From assembly GCF_902652985.1 (NCBI RefSeq), contig NC_047030.1, forward strand, positions 6,014,001 to 6,078,000: 64,000 bases of DNA, given 5' to 3'. Positions within the stretch are counted from its first letter, which is position 1, and the number at the start of each line of letters is the position of its first letter. Below the pieces are notes generated by a model. It searched no databases. It was not told the origin of the DNA and saw only the letters and a program-made list of their open reading frames with translations. Positions 26,239 to 37,350 of this stretch are shown one piece after another. This DNA comes from Pecten maximus. Lineage: Eukaryota. The translations under genes and the position numbers were made by a program.

Positions 26239-27440
26239 GTAGGGGAATCATTTAGCTGATTCATCCTTCTAGCACTTGTCGACGATGGTAGGGGAATCAT
26301 TTAGCTGATTCATCCTTCTAGCACTCGTCAGTGATGGTAGGGGAATCATTTAGCTGATTCATCCTTCTAGGACTCGTCAGTGATGGTAGGGGAATCATTT
26401 AGCTGATTCATCCTTCTAGCACTCGTCAGTGATGGTAGGGGAATAATTTAGCTGATTCATCCTTCTAGCACTCGTCAGTGATGCTGATTCATCCTTCTAG
26501 GACTCGTCAGTGATGCTAGGGGAATCATTTAGCTGATTCATCCTTCCAGGACTCGTCAGTGATGGTAGGGGAATCATTTAGCTGATTCATCCTTCTAGGA
26601 CTCGTCAGTGATGGTAGGGGAATCATTTAGCTGATTCATCCTTCTAGGACTCGTCAGTGATGGTAGGGGAATCATTTAGCTGATTCATCCTTCTAGCACT
26701 CGTCAGTGATGGTAGGGGAATCATTTAGCTGATTCATCCTTCTAGCACTCGTCGACGATGGTAGGGGAATCATTTAGCTGATTCATCCTTCTAGGACTCG
26801 TCAGTGATGGTAGGGGAATCATTTAGCTGATTCATCCTTCTAGGACTCATCAGTGATGGTAGGGGAATCATTTAGCTGATTCATCCTTCTAGGACTCGTC
26901 AGTGATGGTAGGGGAATCATTTAGCTGATTCATCCTTCTAGGACTCGTCAGTGATGGTAGGGGAATCATTTAGCTGATTCATCCTTCTAGGACTCGTCAG
27001 TGATGGTAGGGGAATCATTTAGCTGATTCACCCTTCTAGGACTCGTCAGTAATGGTAGGGGAATCATTTAGCCGATTCATCCTTCTAGGACTCGTCAGTA
27101 ATGGTAGAGGAATCATTTAGCTGATTCATCCTTCTAGGACTCGTCAGTAATGGTAGGGGAATCATTTAGCTGATTCATCCTTCTAGCACTCGTCGGCGAT
27201 GCTAGGGATATCATACAGCTGTTTCGTCTTTCTAGGTCGAGACGATAGGGATATCAATCAGTTGTTTCGTCCTTCTAGGACTCGTCCCTGATGATAGGGG
27301 CAGCAGACAGCTCTTTCATCCTACTAGGACTCGTTATTGATGATAAGGACATCATTCAGCTGTTATGTCCGTCTAGGACTCATCAGTGATGGTAGGGACA
27401 TCATACAGCTGTTTCGTCCTTCAAGGACTGGTCAGTGGTG
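26197..27440 (-). repeat. 49-bp tandem satellite (~25 copies) built from minimal type I hammerhead ribozyme motifs
   Basis: Plus-strand unit aggactcgtcagtgatggtaggggaatcatttagctgattcatccttct. The minus-strand consensus of the terminal copies is CAUCA CUGACGA GUCC UAGAA GGAC GAAA C AGCU G UA UGAUG. Confidence 0.85.
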
Positions 27441-28779
27441 GTTATGGTGTGGCTAAAGTGTTGATACCTAGGGAAGGAAGCAGATCAACCTACTGATTTG
27501 CATACTTGATTAGATTTTCATTCTTTAGATAAAGCTGTTTTAAAAGCACAACTTGCATAGTTTTATGGGCTTCAAATATAGAAACTTCAAAAAGGCATTT
27601 GAAAGAGAAGAGGGGGAACCCGTCAACGTTCTACTTACAGACACTGATATAGACATTTAAAGATTTTTACATCAATCTAATAACGGTTTACCAGACTTGC
27701 TAAAGCAAATCATGAATTCCTGTTAACTCTATGTTTACGTGGTGTTTTGTGTAATACACCCTGTGAACAAAATTTTTCGCACTCTAATGTGTATGACTAT
27801 TTCACTTTTTAGTCCCACGTTGTTCAACTGTTATATAATGAAAAATCCATTCAAATCCGCCACAAATCATCTTCTCAAACTATAGTAAACAAATCTATTT
27901 AAAGCTAGTATCAATATAAATCGTTCCATACAAGCATACAAAAACATACAACATAAAAAGTAAATAATGTGTTTAATGTGAAAATATTCAGTAATATTAA
28001 AAGGTAAAACATGTTGTTTACCTGGCGTAGAACAGAAAACGCTCTCACGTGGTTTCCATGTTATCTATTACTATTCTAGTATATTCCACATACAATTGAT
28101 CAAACACTTCACAAAAGAGAGAATCAATGTAGCTAAGAGCGCATTATCCTATCAGTGGGATTTCCTTGGTTTTTCAGACGGGGTTTTCGGATAGATTTCC
28201 ACGGGAATACATTTAACAGCGTAACAGGAGAATATCCATTAAAAATCAATATCACTTACATATATTAACACATTGACAGTCTATATATGGCAATGACCGG
28301 TGACTCGGATTGTTGACACAGTCTATATATAGCAATGACCGGTGACTCGGATTGTTGGTATCGGATGGTTCCATTTTGTCCCCAGGGTATGCCAGGTTCC
28401 TGCTTTATGTGTATATACCATTAATCGATGTTACTTAAATGTACTTTCATCTGCGTCATTTTAATTACCATACTCTAAATACATAAATATAATCCAATCT
28501 ACGGGCCGCGTAGATACTATTTAAATTTACTAAGATGTTGCATATTTCTTAGGTAGACATTTTACTATGAATTAACAGATTAATGAGAGAGTTTGTAGCA
28601 TATTTGATGAAATCTAATTGGAATGATCACGTTTGACACTATTTCTTTCATAAATGTGTTTGATTGAATATTTACTTAGATCATGTAAGAAGTTATTCTG
28701 TAGTTAGTTAATATTCATTTACTACCTATATGGATTTAGACTCGCCTGAACTGAATAGTTAACCCTCATTAAGTAGCAT

Positions 28780-28922
28780 AGCTACGCAAATACACAAAGG
28801 GAATTCCGTACCTCACAGACCGGTTATATATTTATAGATTTTAAATTCCGTCTGCTTCTCAATAAAACGTGTTTGGTGAACAGGTCAGTTTAAATACAGC
28901 ACATTTTCAAAACGCTTTAAAC
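28780..28922 (+). promoter_or_regulatory. Conserved proximal promoter / 5' leader shared by MTBD paralogs 1-3
   Basis: Block taagta(g/a)ca(t/g)agctac...GGAATTCC...c(c/g)gttata(t)att. It recurs at ~37455-37512 (minus strand, paralog 2) and ~39425-39470 (paralog 3), at a similar distance from each ATG, and includes a TATA-like element. Confidence 0.55.
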
Positions 28923-31900
28923 ATGGCTAATCTAAATGCAAACGACATCAGTGAGCTGAAATCTCTGTCAGCTCCTCCGCAGATTGTGAAAGATACACTA
29001 GCTGCTGCAATGATACTGTTAAGGGAGCCTAATCCACGGGTAAGTATACCTATATAAGTACATATTACTCATATATATAAGTATATTCACTACATATATA
29101 ATATAGCACACAATGAGAAATACATTATCAGATCCATGTCTGTACGTCACGCTTATATTTAAATCTCCTGGATGGAAAATGGTTTATCTAAAAAAATAGT
29201 TCACCAGTTTTACGGCGAATACATGTGTTAATGGTTAATACTTTCATCAGTTTCATGGCGATTAAATCTGTTAATGTCTAAGGTTTTCTCCAGTTTCACG
29301 GCCATTACGGCGACTACACGGTGTTTATGTCTCAAACTTTTACCAGTTTCACGAAGATTACATGTGTTGGTGTCTAAAGCTTTCTCCAGTTTCTCGACGA
29401 TGACATGTGTTAATTTGTAAATATTTCACCAGTTTCACGACGATTACATGTGTTTATGCCTACAGTTTTCTCCAGCATTACGACTTTAAATATGTCTATG
29501 TAATTGTAATGTTTTGTAATATAATTTGTTTTATTTACAGTATCTATTGCTTAATTGTATTTATGTCGTTATCCTGTACACTTGATAATTGTTCCTTACT
29601 CGTGCAGGATTTACCTGTAGTCATCTGTGCGTGTCGTATTGTATTGTAGACTGAATTAGATTCACTGACGAAGCACGTGCAATGTAACCATGTGTAGCAT
29701 ACCTGTGGAGTTATACGGGAGTACGACCTTATTGGTCAGGTTACACTCGGGTATATAAGGTCGGGGTACCAGTAATACGGGTCCCTCTCTCTTCTGCTGG
29801 GGTTGAACTGGACAGACGTTCCAAATGGTGAAGATTGGTATAATGACAGAGCATCTTGTAACTCAGTGAGGGGAATGCTACCATCGCTAGAAGTCTGGGA
29901 TCGCCGCTAACAGCAGAACGTGGGTTTGGCGCGGACGCTGGGAAATTGTGGGCGTAAGGGGTGACGCGGACGCCGCGATTTGGCGGAAGGTTGCCAGGGC
30001 GCCGGTGACGGTACTGCGGGACGGGCGAGGGCAGACAGACGACAACGGCGATGTTGGTACCTCCTCACTGAGTTGCGTATTACATTTTATAGCAATATCA
30101 ATTGGCACTGTTATTAACGCCGGCGTAACGCCCGCGAACGCCAATATTACGCCAGTTAGTGCAGGACGCATTTTCGACCAAATATATTTATATTCCCAAG
30201 AGCCGTACTCCCAATATTATTGTAGTGTGTGTCATTGAAATGTCCAAAGAAGTAAATAAATTTATGTGCGTAGACAACTGTTTTTGTTAGATATATAATT
30301 AATTAAGACGCAACTACTAGAAACGCCAACTTGGCAGGGAGACGCCTCGAGGAGCGGCAAAAGACCTCAAAATATCTAACCGGAAACGGAAGGCAATCCT
30401 TTACATAATGAAAAACGGATGAAATTCAACATTACTTCTATATATGAAATGGAAAGTTTATCTGTTCGAAGTTGGTATGTTTTTACACCGAAATACTGAT
30501 CCCGTTTCCAGAGTTGTTTAAATACCTATACAAATAGATATGCAATAGGTGTATTTGATGCAAAGTGTATTCTATTTAAAGTTTATAATATAACACAATA
30601 TGAGCATATCATCGCTTTAGCTTTTGAAAATTAATAGAAATAATACTTATTGGGCCAATATGATTATATTAAGGCATGCAAAATTCCAAATAAATATAGA
30701 AAAGGGATTTAAGAAAGGGCCTGTTTCCAGTAATGTTAATTCTCTATAGGAGCCTGCCCCCGTATAATTTCTTATCTAGCTCAACTACAGTTTTTTTCTT
30801 TTCCGAAGAATAATTTTACACCTTTCCGACACCCAGATTTCATAATGTCAGTGAAAATGTATTTTTATAAAGTTGTCATTTTGAGCATCAAAGACATAAG
30901 GTCGTAAATAAAAGAAGGTTATCTCGAAATTGTAATTCGCAACATAGTATAAATTTCTTTTGATAGATATTTCCAAAACATCGTGTTTATTCATAAAACA
31001 TAAAACAAAAATTTTCTCGGATGAAAATGCACTTGCAGAGACACAATTATGAAGAAAAATGCCATAAAATTGCAATTTTCTCCCGTTATATAGTTTTGGA
31101 TGCAAATTTCCATCACACAATCGGATAGAGCTTTACTTGTTTCATATGTGTACCAAAAATCAGCTAATTCCATGTGGTTGAACGTTCTCATATCGCCGCC
31201 TGAATGTGGTTGTAAATTGAAAGAAAAGGGGAAATGAGTAACAACCTTGTCTGAAACCCTATTATATAGCTTATTATATACAAAATTTTATATTGAATAT
31301 CAGAGCGGATATTTTCATGACAGTTTTATGATATCTAACGACTAAATAAACAGTATCGATATAAAGATTTACACTGAGGACACCCTGATACATGAAAACT
31401 GTTCTATCTCAAGTTGTCCTCTTTTGAATTTTCTGATCGTGTGGCCTTGTACATTTATCCGTATCTTCTTGTCTTTGTCTATACGTTTACGGAATCATTG
31501 AATCGACGCTTGCTATTCTTGTCTCACTTTCCTTGTTTAATTTCCCATCTCCAAAGCGTTGTGGCTCTGTCAGGGTTGGGACCCTGACTTGTCTCACTTT
31601 CTTTGTGCCTGCCGACCACGCCACATCGAATAGATAGATTATCCATATGAAATACTTTATTTTGTTCTAAGTAATCAATCAATTCTGCGCTTCTTGGAAG
31701 TATTGAATGTGATTTATTATATTGTCTTGTTATTTTGTGTAATTAGTTGTTCGTTATTTATCACACATTTTCGCATAATTGTACCAAACTACTAAGTACT
31801 ACTAAGTATTGTCACGGGGACTTGTGAAGTAGCCATCTTGAATTTTTTTTTTACGAAAAAGTGTTTCTCCAACTTTTTTTCATATCTGTGTACATATTCT

Positions 31901-33248
31901 CAACATACCGAGCAAATACTCTCGTGTTTTTGTTAATTATCTAAAGAAAGTCGAAAATCGGCAATTCAACCATAGGCTAATTCAACCCAAGATTTGAAAA
32001 TGTTCCACCACTTACATGTTGATGATGTTTCCTCTCATCAATAGCATATTACGTACTGTTTAATAGGATAAAAATTGGTTTGCATCCAACGCCCATAAAA
32101 GGGTGTATTCTCTAAAAAAACACAGTTTTTGTGTCTAAAATGTTATCATCGAAAATGGAATTTTTGAGATTGTTTCTTCCATAAAACAGCCAAATGGCGC
32201 GATGGAAACATGATTTTTGTCACAATCATGCCATGAATGTATTCTTTACGGTGACCATCACTTGATTAGATTTTCATTAATATTTTACATAACATGCACA
32301 TTTTATCAACACTTAGACAGCTTCTGAAAGGTACAACTTTGAGGAGCCATAAAAAACAAACCAAGTGACCTAAATCTTTATACTTTATAGATTTGTGACC
32401 ACAACGGCATGGGCAATGCACCACCAACAGGAAATTTGAATCAGAGAAGGGGCCATTTTGGAAACAGGCCCTTTGTAGAAATTGTATCGTCTGTCTTTAA
32501 ACTGTTAATAGAGGACTCTCCTAGAGATCTGGAAATACTGTATATGTTTTGAACACATATATGTCTTATTCTATTTTAGAACTTGTTCATCTGTTCAAAG
32601 AACACTCTCCCCGAAGTCTGGAAATTCTTCAGACATTCAGACTTACTCTGCTTTTGATTGCATCCACATTTTATCTTATTTTATTTACTGAATGAGCCTT
32701 TTTGCCGATCTGGAAAATTTTGCCTTTGATCACATCCACTGGTTTTTTTCGTTTTTCATGTAAAAAGTAAATAGTTTGATCACGTTTACCTTAATTTTTT
32801 GTTGTAGGATTTTAAGACAGCTAAAAAAGCATTGGCCAATATTAACTCACTGAAACAAAAACTGTCGGCTGTAAATGTTGATGCTATCTCTAAAGAAGAG
32901 GCTGAGGAAGCACGATGTCTTCTTGGGGACATAACAGTAGGAAAAGTTCGTAGTGTCAGCTCAGCCACGTGCGGCATCTTTAACTGGGTATGTATACTTC
33001 AAGTGAACTACACTTGTACCTGGATAAGAGAATGCCTGGATATAAGTAACAGTTATTGTGCACGGGACATCGTTATTGTTACGTTGTTAATAAGTATAAT
33101 CCGGGCGTTAAACAATGGGGAAAACATCTATCTCTATCGGATTTTCATATTGTTTATTGTTTATATGTTCCAGGTACAGGAAGTGCTATCCAGTGTAGAG
33201 AAGAGGACAGGGAGCCTAAGTACAGCGAAGGACGACATAAAAACCTGA
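28923..33248 (+). CDS. Stand-alone dynein-MTBD-like small protein, paralog 1 (123 aa, 3 exons)
   Basis: Exons 28923-29039, 32808-32987, 33174-33248; GT-AG, phase 0. Protein MANLNANDISELKSLSAPPQIVKDTLAAAMILLREPNPR|DFKTAKKALANINSLKQKLSAVNVDAISKEEAEEARCLLGDITVGKVRSVSSATCGIFNW|VQEVLSSVEKRTGSLSTAKDDIKT*. Confidence 0.85.
29200..29490. repeat. Diverged ~42-bp tandem repeat in intron 1 of paralog 1
   Basis: Recurrent ccagtttcacg(a/g)cgattacatgtgtt... Confidence 0.75.
30717..32471. mobile_element. Non-autonomous DNA transposon-like insertion with short TIRs in intron 1 of paralog 1
   Basis: GGGCCTGTTTCCA at 30717 and its reverse complement TGGAAACAGGCCC ending at 32471. No clean TSD and no transposase. 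Confidence 0.5.
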
Positions 33249-34326
33249 TGTACACCGATAACTGTCCAGTATTTAACTAGATGATCACTACCCGATATCG
33301 AACAACAAATACAATGGCTCATCTATTTGCTCAACCGATTCATCTTGTTGCCATAAGCGCTGTTGCTATAAATCCATGAACTTTTCATGTTTACACATTT
33401 TTTTTTTTTTTTTTTTAATTATCGTTTTGATTATACGTTGTATTAAATGTCCTCTTTATAAATCGCATCGGTGTCATTATTCTTTAAAGAGAACGGGAAA
33501 TTATCTTGTCACGACCTACTTTCACTTTCACTTTCACTATCACTTCCACGTGGTCAGTGTTGCGCCATTTAACTATTTGTTGATTTAATTCAGTTACAAA
33601 TACATTTTAAAACCAATGGTCAAATCTGCGTCAGTTTCAACTGCCGTTATTTATCCATTATGGAATTCTAGTGAGGTTAATGTGGTTTATACAACCTGGC
33701 AGAATATGAAATATTGACCCGGCTTGCTTCTAGAAGGTCGGTAAAACACCATACTGACCGAAACAAAGGTCCATAATCATTATATTAGATATTTGTATCT
33801 GTTAACAGAAAGTTCACATAAATATACCTAAGAAGAAACTTATCTTTTTTTTATTTGATCTTGCTTTTTTCGCATATACGGCACAATTTTGGTAATGTAC
33901 CTTACAAATCGACTTGATCTTAATTGATATCTTTTACTATGTAATATGCTAATTTAAGTCCGCTATTTAGAATAATGGTTTGGTTTTCACGTTGAAATAA
34001 TCTTATTTTGCCGATTATGTACATTTGTAGTTCATATTTCAAGATATAAAATGGCGGAATCGCATTTTTCCATTAATTTCGATGGAACTAGTTATCTCCT
34101 AATAATTTCATCATTTCATATTTAACGCAAGTCGTTTATGTGTAAAAAGTTATTGACGAAATCAGTTTAGCTTGTTTAGATTGGTCATCGCTTCACACGT
34201 TTCCGTTGCAGTGAAAATATTCTCATTGTTTTGGACGTATCTACAATTCCTTCATTTGAACATTTTTTTTATGTTTATTTGTCCCATTCACATCACAGTC
34301 GTTTATGTGAAAAAAGGCATTGATCA

Positions 34327-34523
34327 AGCGGGCTGCAGTTAGCAGCGGATTCGTTATTCGTTATTGGGGATTCGAATAATGAATCCGCTGCCAGATTCGT
34401 TATTTGAATCCAAACGTCAATAAAATGAAATATCATTTAAACAAAAAAAAACTGAATCGCAGCGGATTTGTTATTCGAATCCCCGATAACGAATAACGAA
34501 TCCGCTACTAACTTCAGCCCGCT
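34327..34523. mobile_element. 197-bp MITE with ~65-bp TIRs and 9-bp TSD (Mutator-like signature)
   Basis: TIR agcgggctg(c/a)agttag(c/t)agcggattcgttattcgttat(t/c)ggggattcgaataa...; direct repeat CATTGATCA at 34318-34326 and 34524-34532. Confidence 0.85.
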
Positions 34524-35384
34524 CATTGATCATTGGTCTTTAGGAAAACGTTACCAAGACAACAACAATTATATATAATGGTGTCCAGGCCTGAATATGT
34601 ATGATGAAGTAATATATACTGTTTTTCTAAGTAATAAATATCAATATAAAAAACAGCTAAATCGTATTCCTATGGCCAATCAAGGAAGCCGTGAGTTCCA
34701 AAGTAAAATTATGAAAATAAACAAAATGGTCAGAACAAAGTTTCGATAACAAAGAGGAAGTATTATAAAGATTGAACAAAAGTCACACAGGAGATGAGCA
34801 CATTAGCATATTTAACTTTTTCGTCCCTTAAGGACTCGTCAGTGTTTCCATGCGTCTAAAGTATAGATCATGTATGAGAAGGCTACTATAACTAGAAATA
34901 CGAACCAAGAATACCAATGGCTGGGGAGATGCAAAACCAGTTTTGATGTTGAATTTAATATCAAGAATATTAAGTGCATATTCGTAATTGTTTTATTATT
35001 AAAAACAAAGAAACGCATACCACAATTTGTTTTGTAAATTAGGACAGTGCTTATTTTTAAACAAAATAAAAAAAAAACCGATATGAATCGGCTCGAGAAC
35101 TATTCCCATGCTATCTATCTGTAATTTAGCATTACAGCACAACCCCACGACGGGAAATGATAACGCGCTTCTCCCCAAACTTAAAGACTTTTACGAAACA
35201 CACAAGTGGATATTTCCTTTAAAGTTTAATATTTGTTCCACTTAAACCGTATCATTTTAACGATCCTCAAAGCATCATACTACATTCCCAATGGTTTAAA
35301 TAATTTAGTATCTTATCAGTTAATATCGTTTGGTCCGCAGTTTTGTCAATCTATTTAACGCTCAATTGTTTCATCATTTAACAT

Positions 35385-35622
35385 ATTTGACAGTTCCTTC
35401 AAATTCGGACATATAACATCTTTGACAGTTCCTTCCATTTCGAACGTAGAACATCTTTGACAGTTCCTTCCAGTTCGGACGAAAAACGTCTTTGAGAGTT
35501 TTTTCCAATTCGGACGTAAAACACCTTTGACAGTTCCTTCCAGTTCGGACGTATAATGTCTTTGAGAGTTCCTGTCAATTCGGACGTACAAAATATGTGA
35601 CAATTCCTTCCAATTCGGACGA
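35385..35622. repeat. 35-bp tandem repeat just downstream of the paralog 2 stop codon
   Basis: Unit tttgacagttccttccaattcggacgtataacatc-like, ~7 copies. Confidence 0.85.
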
Positions 35623-35749
35623 ACAGGCGTGCTATCCCTTGAAATTTGGACAACTGTGAAAGAATGAAAAGGGCGCAGGTTTCTTTGGCCTTTTTCAATA
35701 TTGCATAGATAGTCTTTCTGTAAAATACTTGATAGTATAAGTATTAAGA

Positions 35750-37350
35750 TCAGTTGGTTAGGTCTACCTTGTCTGTACTTAGGCTTCCTTTCCTCTCCTC
35801 TACCCGGGATAGCACAGTCTGTACCTGAAACAAATAAACAATAATTAGAATGAATGAGGAAAATGACATGGAATAGATTCATGTCATAAGGTGTTGTCTG
35901 GTTGATTATATCTTTTTCAATAATTTATATGTTTGTCTGTCATGTCACTTTATCGAGTGTTTGATCATTTAACGCCAGAATGTAACGTATATCCCACATA
36001 TATATACATACCCAACAAAAGATGCCGCTAGCAGCTGCACAGACACTTCGAATTCTTTCTTTTGTTATTCCGTTAACAAGTCCTCGTGCTTTCACAGCGT
36101 CCTCCATAGCGATAGTGTCGACATCTAGTGACGACAGTCTATGATTCAGTGACTTGTCAGATTTGTTAGATAGTGCTCTTAGAGCAGTTTTGTAATCCTA
36201 CAACAAAATTAGAAGTGAATGAGACCAGTACTCCATGATTATATCAAAATTTCTTGGCGACTTAATTAAAACCATGTAGGAATCCGTGTGGGCATTTAAA
36301 CATTTTAGGGGAAGTAATCAAGTACTTTAGGGGTTTAATTTGTCATGTGTAAGTAGGATTGATTAATAAAAATGTACATACGAACTAGTCATGACTTTCA
36401 TTGATCTATAGTCAAATGGAACATTTTATCCCCTAGAATATCGATCAATGGCTGAAATTAAGTGAATGGCGGATAATGTTTCCTTATTCACCATTTCATT
36501 CAATCAATGACGGACACAGACATAAATCCTATAACTTCTGGATAAATTATCAATTAAACTATTCTATTGCTTAAAAATTAAAAACAATACTTTGAACCTT
36601 CCATCACAACTTAAAAAGGGTTATAATTGAATGTGATATAATCCAATATACAATGTATATATAGTAATTAATTTGTTACTTTGCCAGCGGTAGTATAAAC
36701 GCGACGGTTTACAGGTACTAAATGCTGCGCGTGTTCGCTTCATAGAACATGTGTGTATCACATCAATTATACTTCATATCACCGTAAGCGGATGAAAACA
36801 TAAATAAATCTCTCAATTAGTATTGGGAAATGGCATGGAATTGAAGCAAACTTCAACATGTCTCGTGGTCTTGAAAGTAGAATATGTAAGCGTTCCTTAA
36901 TCTCATTAAAACCAGAATGTTTTAGGCATAAATGTGCCTTGCATTAAAGAAAGTAGAGAAAGATTTACATTAAGATAGTGGAGAATTTTTTTTTTTTTTT
37001 TTTTTTTTTGAAGCGTAGCCACTGGAGCTTTGATTTGAATTGCGATTTACATATAAACAACTTTGGAAAGTAGCTTCTACAACAGAAATATCTCTGCAGG
37101 AAATTAAGAGTATTCATTCATATAATTTATATCATGGTACATTGAAAATGTGTGCGGATACCATATGTGGTGTTACAAATGTACATGTGTATTCACAAAT
37201 AATCAAATAATCTACTTATGTATATATACTAACCCGTGGATTAGGCTCCCCTATTAGTATCATTACAGCTGCTAGTGTATCTTTGACCAACTGTGGAGGA
37301 GCAGCCAGACATTTCAGCACACGTATGTCCTGTGGTGAAACTTCAGCCAT
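35750..37350 (-). CDS. Stand-alone dynein-MTBD-like small protein, paralog 2 (125 aa, 3 exons)
   Basis: Minus-strand exons 37350-37234, 36197-36012, 35824-35750. Protein MAEVSPQDIRVLKCLAAPPQLVKDTLAAVMILIGEPNPR|DYKTALRALSNKSDKSLNHRLSSLDVDTIAMEDAVKARGLVNGITKERIRSVCAAASGIFCW|VQTVLSRVEERKGSLSTDKVDLTN*. Confidence 0.85.

Noticed and set aside
26197-27440. CRISPR array
   Set aside because: The units are contiguous with no unique spacers, there are no cas genes, and the context is eukaryotic.
29887-30238. 94-96 aa ORFs on both strands
   Set aside because: GC-rich repeat-like sequence with no recognisable domain or splice context.
35355-35882. 175-aa and 99-aa minus-strand ORFs
   Set aside because: They are an out-of-frame reading of paralog 2 exon 3 plus a 35-bp tandem repeat.
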